DNA from: Ramazzottius varieornatus | Lineage: Eukaryota > Animalia > Tardigrada | DNA length: 64,000 nt | Direction of reading: 5' to 3' | NCBI GenBank assembly: GCA_001949185.1 | Contig: BDGG01000017.1 | Coordinates: 310,001 to 374,000 of the forward strand | In this document: positions 37,493-51,121 of the stretch, one piece after another | How the letters are laid out: the number at the start of each line of letters is the position of its first letter | Numbering within the stretch: position 1 is the first letter of the stretch | The notes under the pieces: model-generated | Told to the model about the DNA's origin: nothing | Databases searched by the model: none | Seen by the model: the letters and a program-made list of their open reading frames with translations, nothing else | Program-made: the position numbers and the translations under genes

Positions 37493-38387
37493 CGTTGAGA
37501 AAGATAGTCCTTCCTATCTGCGGCCAAGATTGCCATGTAGCGATTCCCATTTTGTGTGGTCGCATATCTTGGCATTTTAACTTTTAAATATCTTCCACAT
37601 TCATGTTTGCACCGTGATGATTTTACCTTGTCTTCCAAGCAATTCCAGTTTGATCCGTCAAATAAATGAAAGAAATAAATAAGTTAACTAATAAATACGT
37701 TTTTTTGAATGCAATCATCTGAGATATAATATAAACTGAAAACTTCAGCTTTCCCGTCACGAAAGACAGAGTGTGAGAGGTTACTTGAAAGGTATGTCGT
37801 CGATGTCGGTAAGAGACGAGCAAGGACTGCTTGTGGCATGCGAGGCGTCTTCTTCGTTATCCGTGGACTCGACGCTAAGATCAGCCGGCGACAGGTCCCC
37901 TATGCCCGTAGCCTGGACGGAGTGCCACCTCGTCACGTGCTTGCCTATCTCCTTTTCGCTTGGGGTGATGAGTGGGCAGCCATTGCACGACCAGGCGGAC
38001 CAGCCCGCTTCGTTCTTCTCCGACCGCTGTTCTCGGTACCGTCCCCGAAGTTGATCTAGCGACACGTGTAACGTAACCTCCTTGTCTTTTTACGTTCGAC
38101 CTCCCAGGAGTCGGCAGTCAGGTCTTGTAAAGTGAAAACTTGTCGACTATGCTCTAAAAAAAATGACAAGGACCACCTCAGGAATGAGGACGCGTTTCAG
38201 CTATATTTCTATGTCATCACTAACATGCCGATTGCCGAGTTTTCCCAGCTCAGACAGTTTGCCAGTGAACACCATCCCTTTTCCCACCACATCGGCACAC
38301 AAGGCCGTGCTGGGCACCAAACTGATTACGGGTTTGGAAGAAACTCGTACCAAGAAGGCCAACTGGAGCCCAGCACAGGCAAGCATG

Positions 38388-38565
38388 AAAAGATTGTTTT
38401 TCCCAAGTGGCGCACGTTTCCGGTCAATCACAATGCAGACGTGCGCTACTAAGAAAGACAGCCTTGTTGAGTTTTCCCCAAGCGAGGAGGTGCACTCTCC
38501 TGGCCGAAAACAGTCGGAGCGTGCGCCACTTGGCAGAACAATCTTGTGTCGTCCGTTAGCCGAGA
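38388..38565. repeat. Inverted-box array, in putative intron of the BEN-like paralog
   Basis: caagtggcgcac..gtgcgctact..gtgcgccacttg..acaatcttg. Confidence 0.8.
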
Positions 38566-39031
38566 CATCAATTATGGAGCTAACGGTTGAATATGACTCC
38601 ATAGCCACAGCGCATTGTCATGCGATATGGCATCAGATTACGGAACTTACGTATAACGATGAAAAAGAGGTTGTTAATGTTGGACATGCTCTTGATGACA
38701 CGAAGGATTCCGAGTTCAAAGTTGCGTTCGACACTGACGATCAGCAGCAGCCGATGCGGGCCTAGCAAGGCAAGGATCAACTCCCATCCATAGCGATTAC
38801 AAGATCGTTGAGCGTCGCTTCCGGCCGGGCCACAGCGTTGCTGTAATTTCTCCAACACCTCCGTGGACACGAAGAAGGATGATCCGGGATAGAGTTCCGT
38901 CAGATCCGGCCAGGCACTGCAAGCCCAACAATCATCGCTGGTCCGTCTTTGGCATACCCAGCCTTGCCTTCCCTTGGCCGCCATCAAAGATACCCAATAT
39001 CAAGTACTTCCTCAAAATTATATATACTCAG

Positions 39032-39191
39032 GCGCCTGGCCTTAAACGTGGCCATGGACAAAACTGTAGGCTACGGAGCGAAAGCGGCGCTGCTCCGAAT
39101 GATTCAATTGATTGGTCCACTCCAGCTGGCCACTGCCGATTTCGCTCCGTAACTGATAGTTATGTCCATGCCCACGTTGAGAGCCAGGCGC
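39032..39191. repeat. About 160-bp foldback/MITE-like inverted repeat
   Basis: gcgcctggc..aacgtggccatggaca..tacggagcgaaa versus tttcgctccgta..tgtccatgcccacgtt..gccaggcgc. Confidence 0.75.
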
Positions 39192-41399
39192 ACGTACCGT
39201 ACACCCACCGTAAAATCTCTTACACAAGTTTATATCTTTGTAGTACACTGGCTGATCATGAACCGACCCGAAGGGATTGTTGCTGGTCGTATGGTGGAGG
39301 TAGTCCTCAGTCTGGTCGCCGGTTTCTTCTTCGGAAGACGAGGAGCCAGATGGGACCGGCTCCTTGTAAGAGGGACAATTTGTTGCTGGAACAACGTAGG
39401 TCTTTGTCTGACACTGGAAGGAAACTGATACTTGAGGGGGTTGTGGTTAAAAGCCTCTTCTAAAAACGTTGTGGTTGGATGGCCCGTATAGCTAACGTTG
39501 GCATGCCAGGTCCGCCCTCACGAAGTGATAGTCTTGGCGATAACATGATAGAGCTTGTCAATGGTCCAAGGGTGGGCTGAGGGCTTGACTTTGCCTGGGA
39601 ACGTAATTCCGTAATTCCAAAATCTATTAATTATTCTAATTATTTTTCCAATAAATATCTTCAAATTACCGTATATGAGCACGACAGTAAAATTAACGCT
39701 AAAAATCCGTAGAATCGTTCGGCAGTTACGTACAGTCTAAACAAGATCTTATGGGAGGATAAGTGTGTGGACCTCATTTCCAAATCTGGCGACTTTTGAA
39801 CCAAAGGTGTAAGCAACCTCTAAATCAAAACTCAAGTTACAAACAAACAAAGCAGACCAAAAAAGCGAAATTTTTTACATGTTGCTACAAACAACATTCA
39901 AAACGTACTTCTGGGGAAATAGAAAAAACACGACAAAACATCCCTCTATGAAATGATGGAGAACAAACTTTTGCGTTCTGCAGCTCGCGAATGGTCCAGG
40001 ATAGTTCAACCCTAGGACCGCTAACAGTTACCGCTGTCTGTGACCCACCCCGCAGCTTTTGTGATATAGCCGCATGACATATGAAGCTGTCCGGAGACTG
40101 CGCTTGCATTTTTCTGTGCCTCGTGTCGCAGTTACACGTGTGGTTTTAGTGAGTGTGTCAAGCCTGATGTGATGAGTATTTTGATTGCCAGTCTCCATCC
40201 AAGCCTCAAATGCTGGTCAAATCAGGTGTTACTGACGTTGTAACCGAACACGAATCTAAAACGAGCTGGATTTTTTCTGCTTCGAAACATCGTATTCTGG
40301 CTGTTGACTACTACAGTAGCCTCCATCGGTACGTGGAAGTGCCAGTGGTGAGGGAAATAGTGCTGCTGGAAGCGCAGAGGTCCAGCTCGTTCTACCCTTT
40401 TCTTGTGCGTGATCGAGGTGGCTACGAAAGAGGTACACATCGCCTTTGCCTTCTGTAACCCGCCATAGCCAGTTCTCAGTTCCCGCTGTCTCCAAAAACA
40501 GTTCTTCGGAAAGTCAAAAGCTCCCAAATTTTTCAGCTAGAAATGAGCATGAGATAAGCGTAGAATTTGAATATGCTCAGTTTACGCTCTGATAACGTCA
40601 TACAGTAGCGACAGCTTTTACTGAACTTTAAACTCAGCGTGAAGTGCACGTGAATCGTCGACGTGAAGCGCACGGGAAAATATGGCGAACCGCTTTTTAT
40701 TTGGGGCGGGAATCATCTTCCCGACTGAAAACCGGTATTCATTCCCGACAAGCAGATGTGCGTGGCCGGGAAGTGACCAAAGGCGTTTTATCCAGGCTAA
40801 TTCCCAAGTTGATTCCCCGTAGGCCGAATTGGTGACCGCCGGCCTGACCCTTTAAGACCATTCTGACTGCCAACTCAAGGATGAGCAGCCTTGAGAACTT
40901 CCGACTGCACAAAGCACCAACGCCATTTCAGTTTATTATGAGGTGTGTGGACATTAACTTTCTAATCATCGATGATCGATTGACCGAGGGCAGAAGAAGG
41001 ACAGACCCGTGGACAGCTGCACCCAGTGAAAAATTCTATTGTTAACAAGATCCAGTTTTCACATCAGTTCGCAGGCCAAAGAAAACGCTGATATTATAAG
41101 CATGACTGCCAAAAGACGCATTCAGTAAACAATGAATCAATGGGGAGATGTCTTTGTCGACATGCTGGACGCGGATGATGTCCCTCGTCGGCGATGTGGT
41201 TCGCTCGTCTCAGTCCACGACTTGTTCCTCACTATTGTCCGGGTTCTTCGGGATCGCCGCCGGCAGAAGGCGGTTATCGGTGTGTTGAACGGACTGCGGG
41301 ACCTTCGACTGCTATTGACTGCAGGGAATGCAGTCTTCACCACATGCCCTTGCGCACGACAAGCTCCTTGGGGGACGACCACTTGCATACTTCACGTGT

Positions 41400-41990
41400 C
41401 CAGATATCAGAGCCGGTAACTGTCGGTCGACTTATATTTCTGGTAGAACTTGCCAGTTGTAACAAATAGAAGCGGATCGGTGTTTCCGACTTTGGCTTTT
41501 CCCCAGATGCAAAAGATTTTCTGACGTGGAAATACGCAGTAACCCTTTCGGTTCCTTGCCAGCTCGAGTTTCTTGCGGCTATTCATAATACTGTCAACTT
41601 CTCGTCTTTCATCATCTCCTCCGAGGTTCTGACTAGAAAAAAGAATATCTGACTGTTGGCTACTTGCAGTATAATGAGGGGCGAAGAGGTCAGTCGAAGG
41701 CTCCGGCAAAATTGATCGCAGCATGCTGGCAATTCCAATATTCCGTTCCTTCTCCTCGGACGTAGTCTGTCAGGACCGACTAGTGCCTTACCCAGTCCCC
41801 ATCCACAGCGGCTGGGGCTGTTGTTCACATACCCTTGAGGTCCGAACTCGTCCTCCAGTCTCTGAAGAACCCGCTTGGAGACGAAGAATTGTATGCCCCG
41901 ATGGAGCTTCGTTTTGTCAGGCGATCTTTCAAACGACCAACAGTCTACGTCGTGTTCTCTTGCCACCTTCTCGACCGTGACACCGCTCAT
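41400..41990 (-). CDS. Third, shorter copy of the BEN-like domain (gene or pseudogene)
   Basis: DCWSFERSPDKTKLHRGIQFFVSKRVLQRLEDEFGPQ..RCGWGLGKALVGPDRLRP. Confidence 0.5.
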
Positions 41991-42706
41991 GGCGAATCGT
42001 CAACCCTAATACCGGCAACAAGCGCCCCTCACAAGCACGCAACGAAATTGTAAAGGAATACATGGAGATGTAGATGGGACAATTCAGGATAAATTTTCTA
42101 CGAGGGGAAAACGTCGTTGTGCCCTTTTGGCGAAGTGCAAAGACTGTATCACAATGTCATAGCCCTTACTGCATTTTTGCGATGCGGGCGGTAATGCATG
42201 CAAAAACGCAAATGCAAAAACAAACATTCAAGGCATACATGTATACCAAGACGGACAACAATAAGCGTGTTAGAGTTTATCAACACAACTCATGCAACCG
42301 TGAACAAAGATCTACCAGAGTCGGTTCTACGTTGGCTTGGTACACAGTCTGAGGAATACTGTATCCTGCAGCGAACTTTGCGCCCGCCCGAGCTATGCGG
42401 TACAGTGGGCCGGGAAGGACATACTCGATAAGGGAGACAGGTTTTCCATAACGACTCGGGGCCTTTGTTGCGTTTTCGCAGCTTGTCGGTTTACTCCATA
42501 GAGGAACCACAGCACAAGGACCGCTCCAAGCGGATTATTATCAGTCGTACAAAACACACAAAAGAAAAATAAAGACAAAACTCTGTGGGGAAAAAGTCTC
42601 TCCTAATCTACCACAATCGAATGAGCAAACGGATCAAGAGGACAACAGCAGAATTCCTCAAGCTAAAAGAAGAAAGGAAAACAAGACCCTATTTTCCGTT
42701 CTCTCA

Positions 42707-45700
42707 CTACGAGCAACTACAGTATAACAAAGAACTGTGGTTCTGTGAGATACATGGAGAATTCTCATCGTCCAAAGTATTTCCCTCTTCTAAGCTCACA
42801 ATTCTCAAGAAATGCTTGCGTGCCACATGGCCCTGCATCAGTATTTCTTCCGAGAAGAAATACCTACACATCTTACAGGCAAAACCTGGCTGGTTCTTCT
42901 TCGAGCCCTGACTGTAACCCTCTCGAAGAGGACCCATGTGCAGGTAAACTGTGGGTGTCAAGTTAGACTGACGTATGCAACCGAGATTGCTGCTGCAAGG
43001 CCTGAAGCATTCTCTGTGACCACGCCGACTGGCCTGTAAGGCCTCTTCGATCGAGCTGATTTCTTTCACCTCTTCTTTCAGACCTTCATCTTCCATCATT
43101 CTTCGAATATCCGCTTCCGAGACTGGAACAAGGAATATTTCAGGTTAGCGACTACTCAATTTTGAAGGCAGAAAGGTTGTTTTTACAACTGGCGCAGGTT
43201 TCCTGGCATATTAGCAGTAAGCGCGCGCCGCTTGCAAAACTTGACAAGACTCTTCCCCAAGTGGCGCACCAATTCGGTGCTGTCAGCTGGAAGCATGCGT
43301 CGCTTGAGTAAAACCATTTGATCAAGTTCTGCCTGAACAAGCTGCCATATTATTTGACAAACCTCGGGGATTAGCTTCTGTGACGGAACGGAGAAAAGCC
43401 GTGATGGTCTTCTGGTTGCTGCTGGTGTTGGTTTGCTCTTGCCTCTTCTCGTCTTGTTCCCTTTCTACTTCGTCACCCTCGTTGTCCGACTCTGTCGGTG
43501 AGAAAGTGGAGCTCTCCTCGTCCTATGGACTTGGCCGACTGCGACGATACTGAGGAGGTCGAGCGCGAGGGCCCGGGCCTAACGGGATGTAGTCGGCAGG
43601 GTTGAGCGGCTCGCAAACGGCGGCCGGAAGTTTAGGAGGGCAACCGCGACGTTTGCCCACCACTCGGCGCTTACTGGTCGACATTGAGGAAAAACCAACG
43701 GGACTCTTCTTCCAACTGCCATAGCAGCCGGTGCAATACTGCAAGAAGGCCAAACGCTCTGTCTCGTCTTTTTCCTTGTGACCAAAAACCTCACGCATGT
43801 GCTCTGCAAAGGAAGAAAAGAAGATAGCCGATTTTTCAAGTGAGACGCGGCTAACAAGCACGAGTCTGCACGACAGCATCAGTTTCCTAAGTGGCGCAAA
43901 CCTTCGTCCAACAACACTGGACACGTGCGCCACTTGGACAAACACAATAAGATCGAGTTTCTCAAGTGACGCACACTTCACGCCTCATGCAAGAACATGC
44001 GTCACTTGAGAAAACAACCTTACCAAGTTTGTTGACTGATCTTCTGTATATTAAAGTTGATCTCTTAGAGAAGGAGTACTTACGGATGACGAGGTGGAAA
44101 AGATCGAAGTCTGGGACCATCTTTTTGAGGAGAGAAACAACCCCGATGCGGTTAGTCTCCTTGTGAGCATCAGGACGCATCCTTTCCGGGCCCAACATCA
44201 CCCGGATCAGTTCCCATCCGTACCGACGAGCATTGCCTCCGTGCTGCGGTCCATAGTCTTCTCGTAACTTCCCAAGGACGTCGTTGGATACGAAGAAGGG
44301 AGTGTCGAAAACGAGCTCCGTCTTGTCACCACACTTCCTGGTCGACCAGCACTCGTCGGACTTCTTCAGCTTCTTCTTTACTGGACTCTCCGTTCTTTCT
44401 AGCATTTCTTTCAGCGGGCTACACAGCGACTTGTTGCAAGCGTTGGCTAAGCGGAGAGGAGACGACATGGACGATTTGGGAAAGACATCAGCTGCGGCAG
44501 CAGCGCTTTTTCCAACGGTCGCTTTGACAGGGGGTGAAACAGTCCTCCTAATGTCAGCTATTCGCTTCGTCGGAATGGAGGCACTAAGGTCACGGCTCCT
44601 CACATAAGACGTTGTAGTGACGTCAGTCGCCTTAGTCTGTCTGGCTGTTTCAACCGGAAGTGGTGATACTGAGGTGTGTTGAACCGACGCTGTAACTTCC
44701 CCAACTTTGGGCTCGTCAACCGTCCCTTCCTGTTCCTGTCCACCTTTGCGTGGACTGTCTGGCGATAGCTCACAAGGGTTGCTAACTGTGCTGTCCGCCC
44801 ATTCAAGCACCGGAAGTGTAATAGTGGGTGGTTCCTTGGTTGATTGGTCAGCCCGCGTCGATTGACTCGGTCTGTCAGGCGAAAGCGACCTGTCGATTGA
44901 TTGGTGAACTACCGTGAGTATTGATTGCTCCTCTTCGCTTGTTTGGAGTGTCGATTCGTCCATCTCGACCAATTCTGGACTTTCACATCTTTGGGTTAAC
45001 GTTACGACTGATAGAGGCAGTCTTTCCTGTACGGAATTTGAGCGAGCAGGTTCGATGGAGGAAGGCCAAGGTCCGTTCAGGGGATCCAAAGGCGGAAGGG
45101 GAGACAGTGACGGGCAGGGTGAAGGCAGAAGTGGAATGTTGACCGTTGAAGACCACATCTTCGCTTGTGCTTCCAAGGTCCGCGTCAGCTGGGAATCGAT
45201 CGGCTGTTCTTCTGGTGAACTTGCGAAGACTTGAGGAGCAGGCGGCGGAGGGGAAAGGAATACTGCAGCACGAAGAGCAGTGGAAGGACAGGTTACGTTC
45301 ATGCTGAAGGCAATCGTTCGTTCTTTCACCGTCTCTACTTCTAGTCTTTCCATTAACATTTCTACCGTCTTTGGTGTCTCGTCAGGAGCTTCTTGTACAG
45401 CAGTGTCGATGCAGAGACGACTCGTATCGACGATGGTTGGTTCTGGACAGACAAAGAGCAAGTTCATACCACACACAATATTGTTTAGGACAAAGTGGCG
45501 GCAAGTCCCAAAAGGGCGAACATTTTTCAATGACTTTGAACCACGGCGAGGTACCCCAAACTTACCGCACGATGCCCCTTGATATTCCCAACAACTTCAA
45601 GTCAAAAAACGCTACTTCGGAAGCAAAATTGATCGTACTGGAAATGGGCCGCAGCGGCCCAGCTACCCAGTTGTTAGCTAAGAATGTGCGCCACTTGGGA

Positions 45701-46611
45701 GGCTCGATAAGACTTTTTTTCCAAGTGGCGCACATTGTCGGTGTTTTTGGTCTGAAGCGTGCGTTACTTAAGTACATGATCCTGTCGAGTCATTTGCGGA
45801 CGTTCCATTTGGTCAGTTTGACGGTTTGCTACTCTACCTGGTGCGTTTTCCGCTTCCGTTGCGAAGGTGAGGCTTGCAGGCAGGTCCATGTCTTGCTCCA
45901 GGTCGGAGTCGACTTCGTCGGAGTTCGCCAAGCTACCTTCGGAAGAGGACTCGTCGACATACGGTGGCTCCCTCCAGTCAGCAAACCTCACCAGCTTGTT
46001 GCAGATGTGCAGGATACGCTGCGGTGCCACCGGGTAACGAGCCGGGTTCGACAAGGCCAGTAGGTAATACCTGTCGTACTCCATCCACTTGTGCGCGGCA
46101 ATCTTGCGACCGTCAGGCTTCTGAGAGAAAGAGCGCACTGTGAGGACAGTACAGTGCAGTCAGCCAGTCAATCCCAAACAGATACAGTGACGTGGTGACG
46201 TGGCAACACGCATTAAAGTACTACCAGCCTAACCACCTGATCCTGACGACACGCGTTAGATTTCATCGCTGTGGCGGGCCCACATCTTCATCGTTCACAT
46301 CATTGAAGTGCGCATGACGTCATCAAACAAATGTGACACACGGTAGGCGGACGGTAACGTCGCGTGCGAGTTGATCGAGTAACCATAAAATTTCAATTTA
46401 CCAGCTGATCGAGCGTTTGAACGTGAGCTTCCATGTGATTAGTCCACACAGCAGGTGCCATTGATGGCTGATGAGCACAGCGGAAGTAGCAGGTCCATTC
46501 TTCGATGTCCCAGGCACACAAAGGTCTAGGCACCGGCTGGAGCGTGGCTGGCTGCAATCCCGACGGGCCTTCTCCGATGCTCCCCGTGAGGATCTCGTCC
46601 AAAGGCATCAT
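42707..46611 (-). CDS. Uncharacterised nuclear protein: C2H2-like finger, long S/P/T-rich disordered region, BEN-like domain, AT-hook-like motif, C2H2 finger
   Basis: TCYFRC..WTNHMEAH; 522-aa ORF; KKKLKK NLS-like stretch; TELVFDTPFFVS..RRYGWELIRVMLGPERMRP; KRRGCPPK; FACKMCRYFFSEEILMQGHVARKH. Confidence 0.7.
43170..43340. repeat. Inverted-box array, intronic
   Basis: aactggcgcag..gcgcgccgcttg..caagtggcgcac..atgcgtcgcttg. Confidence 0.8.
43815..44040. repeat. Inverted-box array (up to 6 boxes), intronic
   Basis: aagtggcgcaa..gtgcgccacttg..caagtgacgcac..atgcgtcacttg. Confidence 0.8.
45490..45790. repeat. Inverted-box array, intronic
   Basis: gtgcgccacttg..caagtggcgcac..gtgcgttactta..tgtcgagt. 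Confidence 0.8.
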
Positions 46612-47210
46612 GCAACTCCTAGCGACTGTTCACAAAGACATAAGTTCTTACATTTCCCTTTGCGAGAGGAAGGAATGAAAAGAAAATCCACAGTCACACT
46701 CTCAAGTTTCAACGAAGAATAACGAAGACGCAGATGAGAATCTCAGTCAACCGAACGACATCGCAGAGTCGCAGACCACTGTTCAAGTGTAGTGACTTGG
46801 TTTGCTTAACAACTTAACAGATCAAGACAATCAATCGCGTCTGTTATGTGGACCTTGCAGCTTGTTATACGGACCAATCAAGGAGTCTAGCTTGGCGCCG
46901 GGAAATCAGTCACAGGTCGGCCACCCAAACTTCCGCATTCTTCTGTCTTACGAACTTTGGACCACCCTGGATTTTTCATCTAACGCGGTCCGAAAGGCCA
47001 GAACAACGCAAACCAAAGAGCATGATCTTCTCTCAGTCTGAAGTTGACCACGACGAACATCGCAAGAAAACAGCAACACGGAAATTTTGTTCGAAACAAA
47101 CCATGTTTGAGACAAAAATCAAGTCTTGCGCAAACCAACAGGAGAGAGCCGGAAGCCGATGAAAGGAGTGTCGCTTAATCCGAAGAACCGAAACTGTCAA
47201 TCTCAATATA

Positions 47211-47366
47211 GTGTAGAAGTAGTTCGGCTGTACAAATGGCTTAGCCGACTTTTGGTTGATTTGGATTACGACTCCGCTAGCTGTTCGACATAACGGCTAG
47301 TCGTTATGTCAAACGGCTTACACGGCTAGTCGAGTCAAGCTGAGCTAAATCGAGCTACATCTACAC
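47211..47366. mobile_element. TA-flanked MITE
   Basis: TA|gtgtagaagtagttcgg...tcgagctacatctacac|TA; inner hairpin ttcgacataacg/cgttatgtcaaa. Confidence 0.7.
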
Positions 47367-47407
47367 TAATCTCACAGTTGTAACAGGGTACAAATATCGA
47401 GAGAAGC

Positions 47408-47976
47408 TAAGGTTGTAAATTCCAGGCCAAATACCCTTGGAATGGAAAATAGGAAAGGAGTTCCTAATATTCCTATATTCCTATTTCCTTCTCCAGAAGA
47501 TCCTCGCAAAAATCTGGAATTCCAAAGTCCCATTTGCCAGTTTAGTTCTTTTTACATACCCATCTAAACAGTAAACATGATCTGAATTCATCAACAAATA
47601 TTGGTTTTGAGAAAGCCGGCTGGAGACTTTCGGTCTTGTCGGACCTGAAAGTCCAAGGGAAAAACAAGGACTTACGCACAGTTGAATGCGCCGCATACTT
47701 TAGTGCGACGGATCGAGGATGCTATTGGTTATTCAACTGAACGACCAATTAGCCTCAGTGGTACGCATGTGTGAGCCAGCATCGGGTTCAGTTTTTCGAC
47801 AGGATCTGCTGGATCTTCGACTGTTTACCTCGTGGAATTCCTAAATTTTCTCCGATTTTTGCAAGTTTTCCAAATAGGAATTCCACCGTTCCAAACGTCT
47901 GCCCCTTGGAACGGAACGGAATTCCAGGAATGGAACGGACTTTGGAAAGGAATGGAATTAGGAATCTGCAACGTTA
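47408..47976. mobile_element. Non-autonomous hAT-like element
   Basis: TIRs taaggttgtaaattcc / ggaatctgcaacgtta; GGAA/TTCC subterminal repeats; 8-bp flanks agagaagc and agagcagt match at 6 of 8. Confidence 0.6.
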
Positions 47977-50900
47977 AGAGCAGTCTACTGCTCTTTATTT
48001 TCAGTCATATCTTCAAGGAGCTTGACGACAGCTCGCGAACTGCCAAACAATAACTTATCGTTATTTTCCTGGATGAACTTCAGCTTCTTGGTGATGCTTC
48101 GGAGCTCTTGCTGGTCCGTCTTTCGTTTGGTCCTCGTGTCGGAAGCTAGCCTCGCGTTTCTTTCAGCATTGTAACAATTTGGACATCTGCCACGGTTCGA
48201 CGGCGGACCCGGAAGGATGAGCTGAAACGGTTTCCCCAACTCGTTTCCTCGCGACGAGTGCGAGTAGTGGGTGTTCGGGCAGGTTCTCAAACTGGCCACA
48301 TTTTTCAGAATACTTTCAACATCGTGAATGCACTTGCGTAATTGGGGACTTCCTGGGAGCAAAGAGCACCGTCAATGAAATCAGAGGTGCTAAACAAGAA
48401 AAGTTTAACCGTCCCATTTCAAACTGACAGCAAAATCTACGCTTTTATCATGGTATGCTCCATGTTGAACGAAGACAGAGCCATCAAACTCGCGACAGGG
48501 TTTCGAAGCCCGTTCATTACGGATATGTACACGAGGTAGAAGATCCAAAGAGAAGGAAACTGACCGGATGATGCGACCCTGCCTGCGAAGCAGGGGAACA
48601 CTATCTGACGTTGGTAGTCCGCTTTGTCAAGGAACGACCAACCTCCCGAAGGCAACTTAATTTTCTGCGCGTGCCGCCACTGCCAGAGATGAAAGATCTC
48701 TCTGCATTTATTTGGAATCAACTTCCGGTCCTAATCAACCCACTGACCTTTTCGATGATACCAAGCGGCCTACCAAGAGTGCAAGATGTCGACCAATGGT
48801 TTTCTGATGACCAGAGTCTTTCACAATATGTAATTCAGACAGCGAGTGCATCCGTGATCCGTAAAGACGCGTCCGCCCACGCCCAAAGTACCATTGATAG
48901 ACCATTTTCTTGGGTTCTGGCAAGAGCCCAAGAAAACAGTAGTCGTAATGTACTACGATTGTACTTGTACCGAAACTCGGCAGATGGTGTGTGCGTAGGT
49001 CCAAGGACGAGTGTTAAGGTATAGAGACTGAGGCTGAGTCTGGCTAACTTCTGAAAAATTAGAGCTCTTCCTTTCGGTGTTGCGCAAGCGCTCGGACAAC
49101 AGGGTAAATCGCGTGGTGGCGAATCTGTACAACAGGAAAATCATGCACTCGGCGAAGAGATTCATAGGCCGAAAGCGGGTCTGAAATCGCGACGCTCTTG
49201 CATTGGCGGCTGCGTTTTACACGCGCCAGTTAAACAGACAGCGGTTACGGGTCGAAAACGAAGTCGTTAAAAGATGAAGTTGGGTTGAAGATATTGATTC
49301 CGGTCCGTTTGTTTCCAGCGTTGCTCGATCGAAGTTTTTGTGGTACCGTACAACGCGCAGCACAGTCAGCGCACTTACTGTCAGACTTTCAAGAAAATGC
49401 CGCTTTATCTTGTTTGCGGCCTTGGGTACTCCGAATATAGCCGTGAAAACATCTCTTCCTGTGCGCTCTGGGGAAAAGAGTTTAACGAGTTTGTGGACTC
49501 TCACTGGCCTGAGTCCGATGGTAATCTCCTTCGATAAAACTTTAGGGATCACACCATCTTGACATCGGTATCACAACACAGTCCCGATCTGGTACATGAA
49601 GAACGGCATCGCGATGGAGTACTCCGTTCAGCTACTTTACTTTCTGACATTTTCTATGACTAATCAAAAGATTTGAGTTTACCTTTTCTAGATTTCCAGA
49701 TGAACACTAAACCGTCTCTTTTAGTAAGCCTGGCGGCTCTGGCCTTTGTATTGAATCTGGTTCAGGCCAGGACGTACTAACGATAAGTGTACGTCAACAA
49801 TTGCACCGACACCTACATGGACGAAAAGGTGCAGGCAATTCCCTGGGTCAGAGCTGGGAGAATACATGTGCTGCCTTCGCTCAAAAACTGGAGAACGGTG
49901 ACTTGTTAGGCAAGGTACAGTATGGCTATAGCGGCAAGGGGTGGCAGATGCCCCGGGGAGTAAACGACTTATCCAATGGGTTTTCTGTTGCAGGGATGGT
50001 TCTGTAAGAAACACATGCTCCAAGTGGGAATGTTTCTCAGAGGAAGCAAAACACGTGTAAAGTTAGCCGGCCTACATCGGGCTTGTACAGTTAGCCACTG
50101 GACGAAAAGGTAGAGGACATTCCTGGGATCCAACGGTGGTACAAACATTCTTAATTCTTTTTAGCAGACTCTAATGCCTGACGGTTCTGGATCGACGGTC
50201 AGGTCGGATCAAGTATCAATAGCACACTAGAATGCCGTAACGGTTCAAATCGGCTCATCGAGCCGAGGTGGCATTTTGAATATTTGACTGCTAAAAACAA
50301 TTGGTTTCGCTTGGGCCCCCGCCGATGGGGTCAGAGCTTGGAGGAGCCTTCGGTCAAAAAGTGGCAAAAATTGGCTGGTTAAGCAAGCTGCAGTGTGGCT
50401 ATACCAGCAACGTTGTATGCACTGACTGCGTCACACATCTTTGGACTGCAGCTCCCGCGGCATCCGTGCGCACGTAGTCGCGCACGGTTCTTCAGTAGGT
50501 TTTCTGTTGGAGGGATGACACTGTGAGGACGAATGGTTGAGGACAGGAATCAGGCTCAAGGAGTGCAAGCTGAACGGTTCTGCCCTAGGCAGTCCTGTGG
50601 CAATCAAATGTTGGTACCCGGTTCTGCCACCGACTACATGCGGGAGCGGGCGCTGGGAATTCCGTGGGGTCAAAGTTGGGAGGATGGTTGTGCTGCTTGT
50701 GGTCGAGCCCTTGAGCAAGCTGCCTCGCTGTCTCCGGTACAAGTTACGAGCGGTGTTATTCCTTGATTGTGTCATACTGTTTGCTTAAAAGCTTTGAACC
50801 CGAATACTAACTGAAGCTATATAGCGCAATTCCAGCGTACAGAGACATGGTTATCCACGGTGTTTCTCTGCTGCAGGGATGGTCCCGTAAGAAAAGCTAA

Positions 50901-51121
50901 TATCAGTTGGCAATCTTTCTCAAAGGAAGGCTGTACAACTCTTGCCCGTAACCGACAGATAATAAGACCAGCGCGCGAGCTCTGTTATTTGCTAGAGAAG
51001 AGGTGATGGCGCACCGATTCAAAGATGGCGTACCGGCTCGAGTACTGGTACTCGTACAGTGAATGTTGGTGCACGTGCAGTGAAGATCTCAACGACAATA
51101 AGCGCATCTCAAGTTACACCG

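Larger units (their letters stand above)
37781..39430 (-). pseudogene. Paralog of the C2H2/BEN-like gene at 42707-46611, possibly degenerate
   Basis: DDCW..DLTELYPGSSFFVSTEVLEKL..GP..RYGWELILALLGPHRL; C-terminal WSCNGCPLITPSEKEIGKHVTRWH finger; the upstream part appears frameshifted. Confidence 0.6.
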
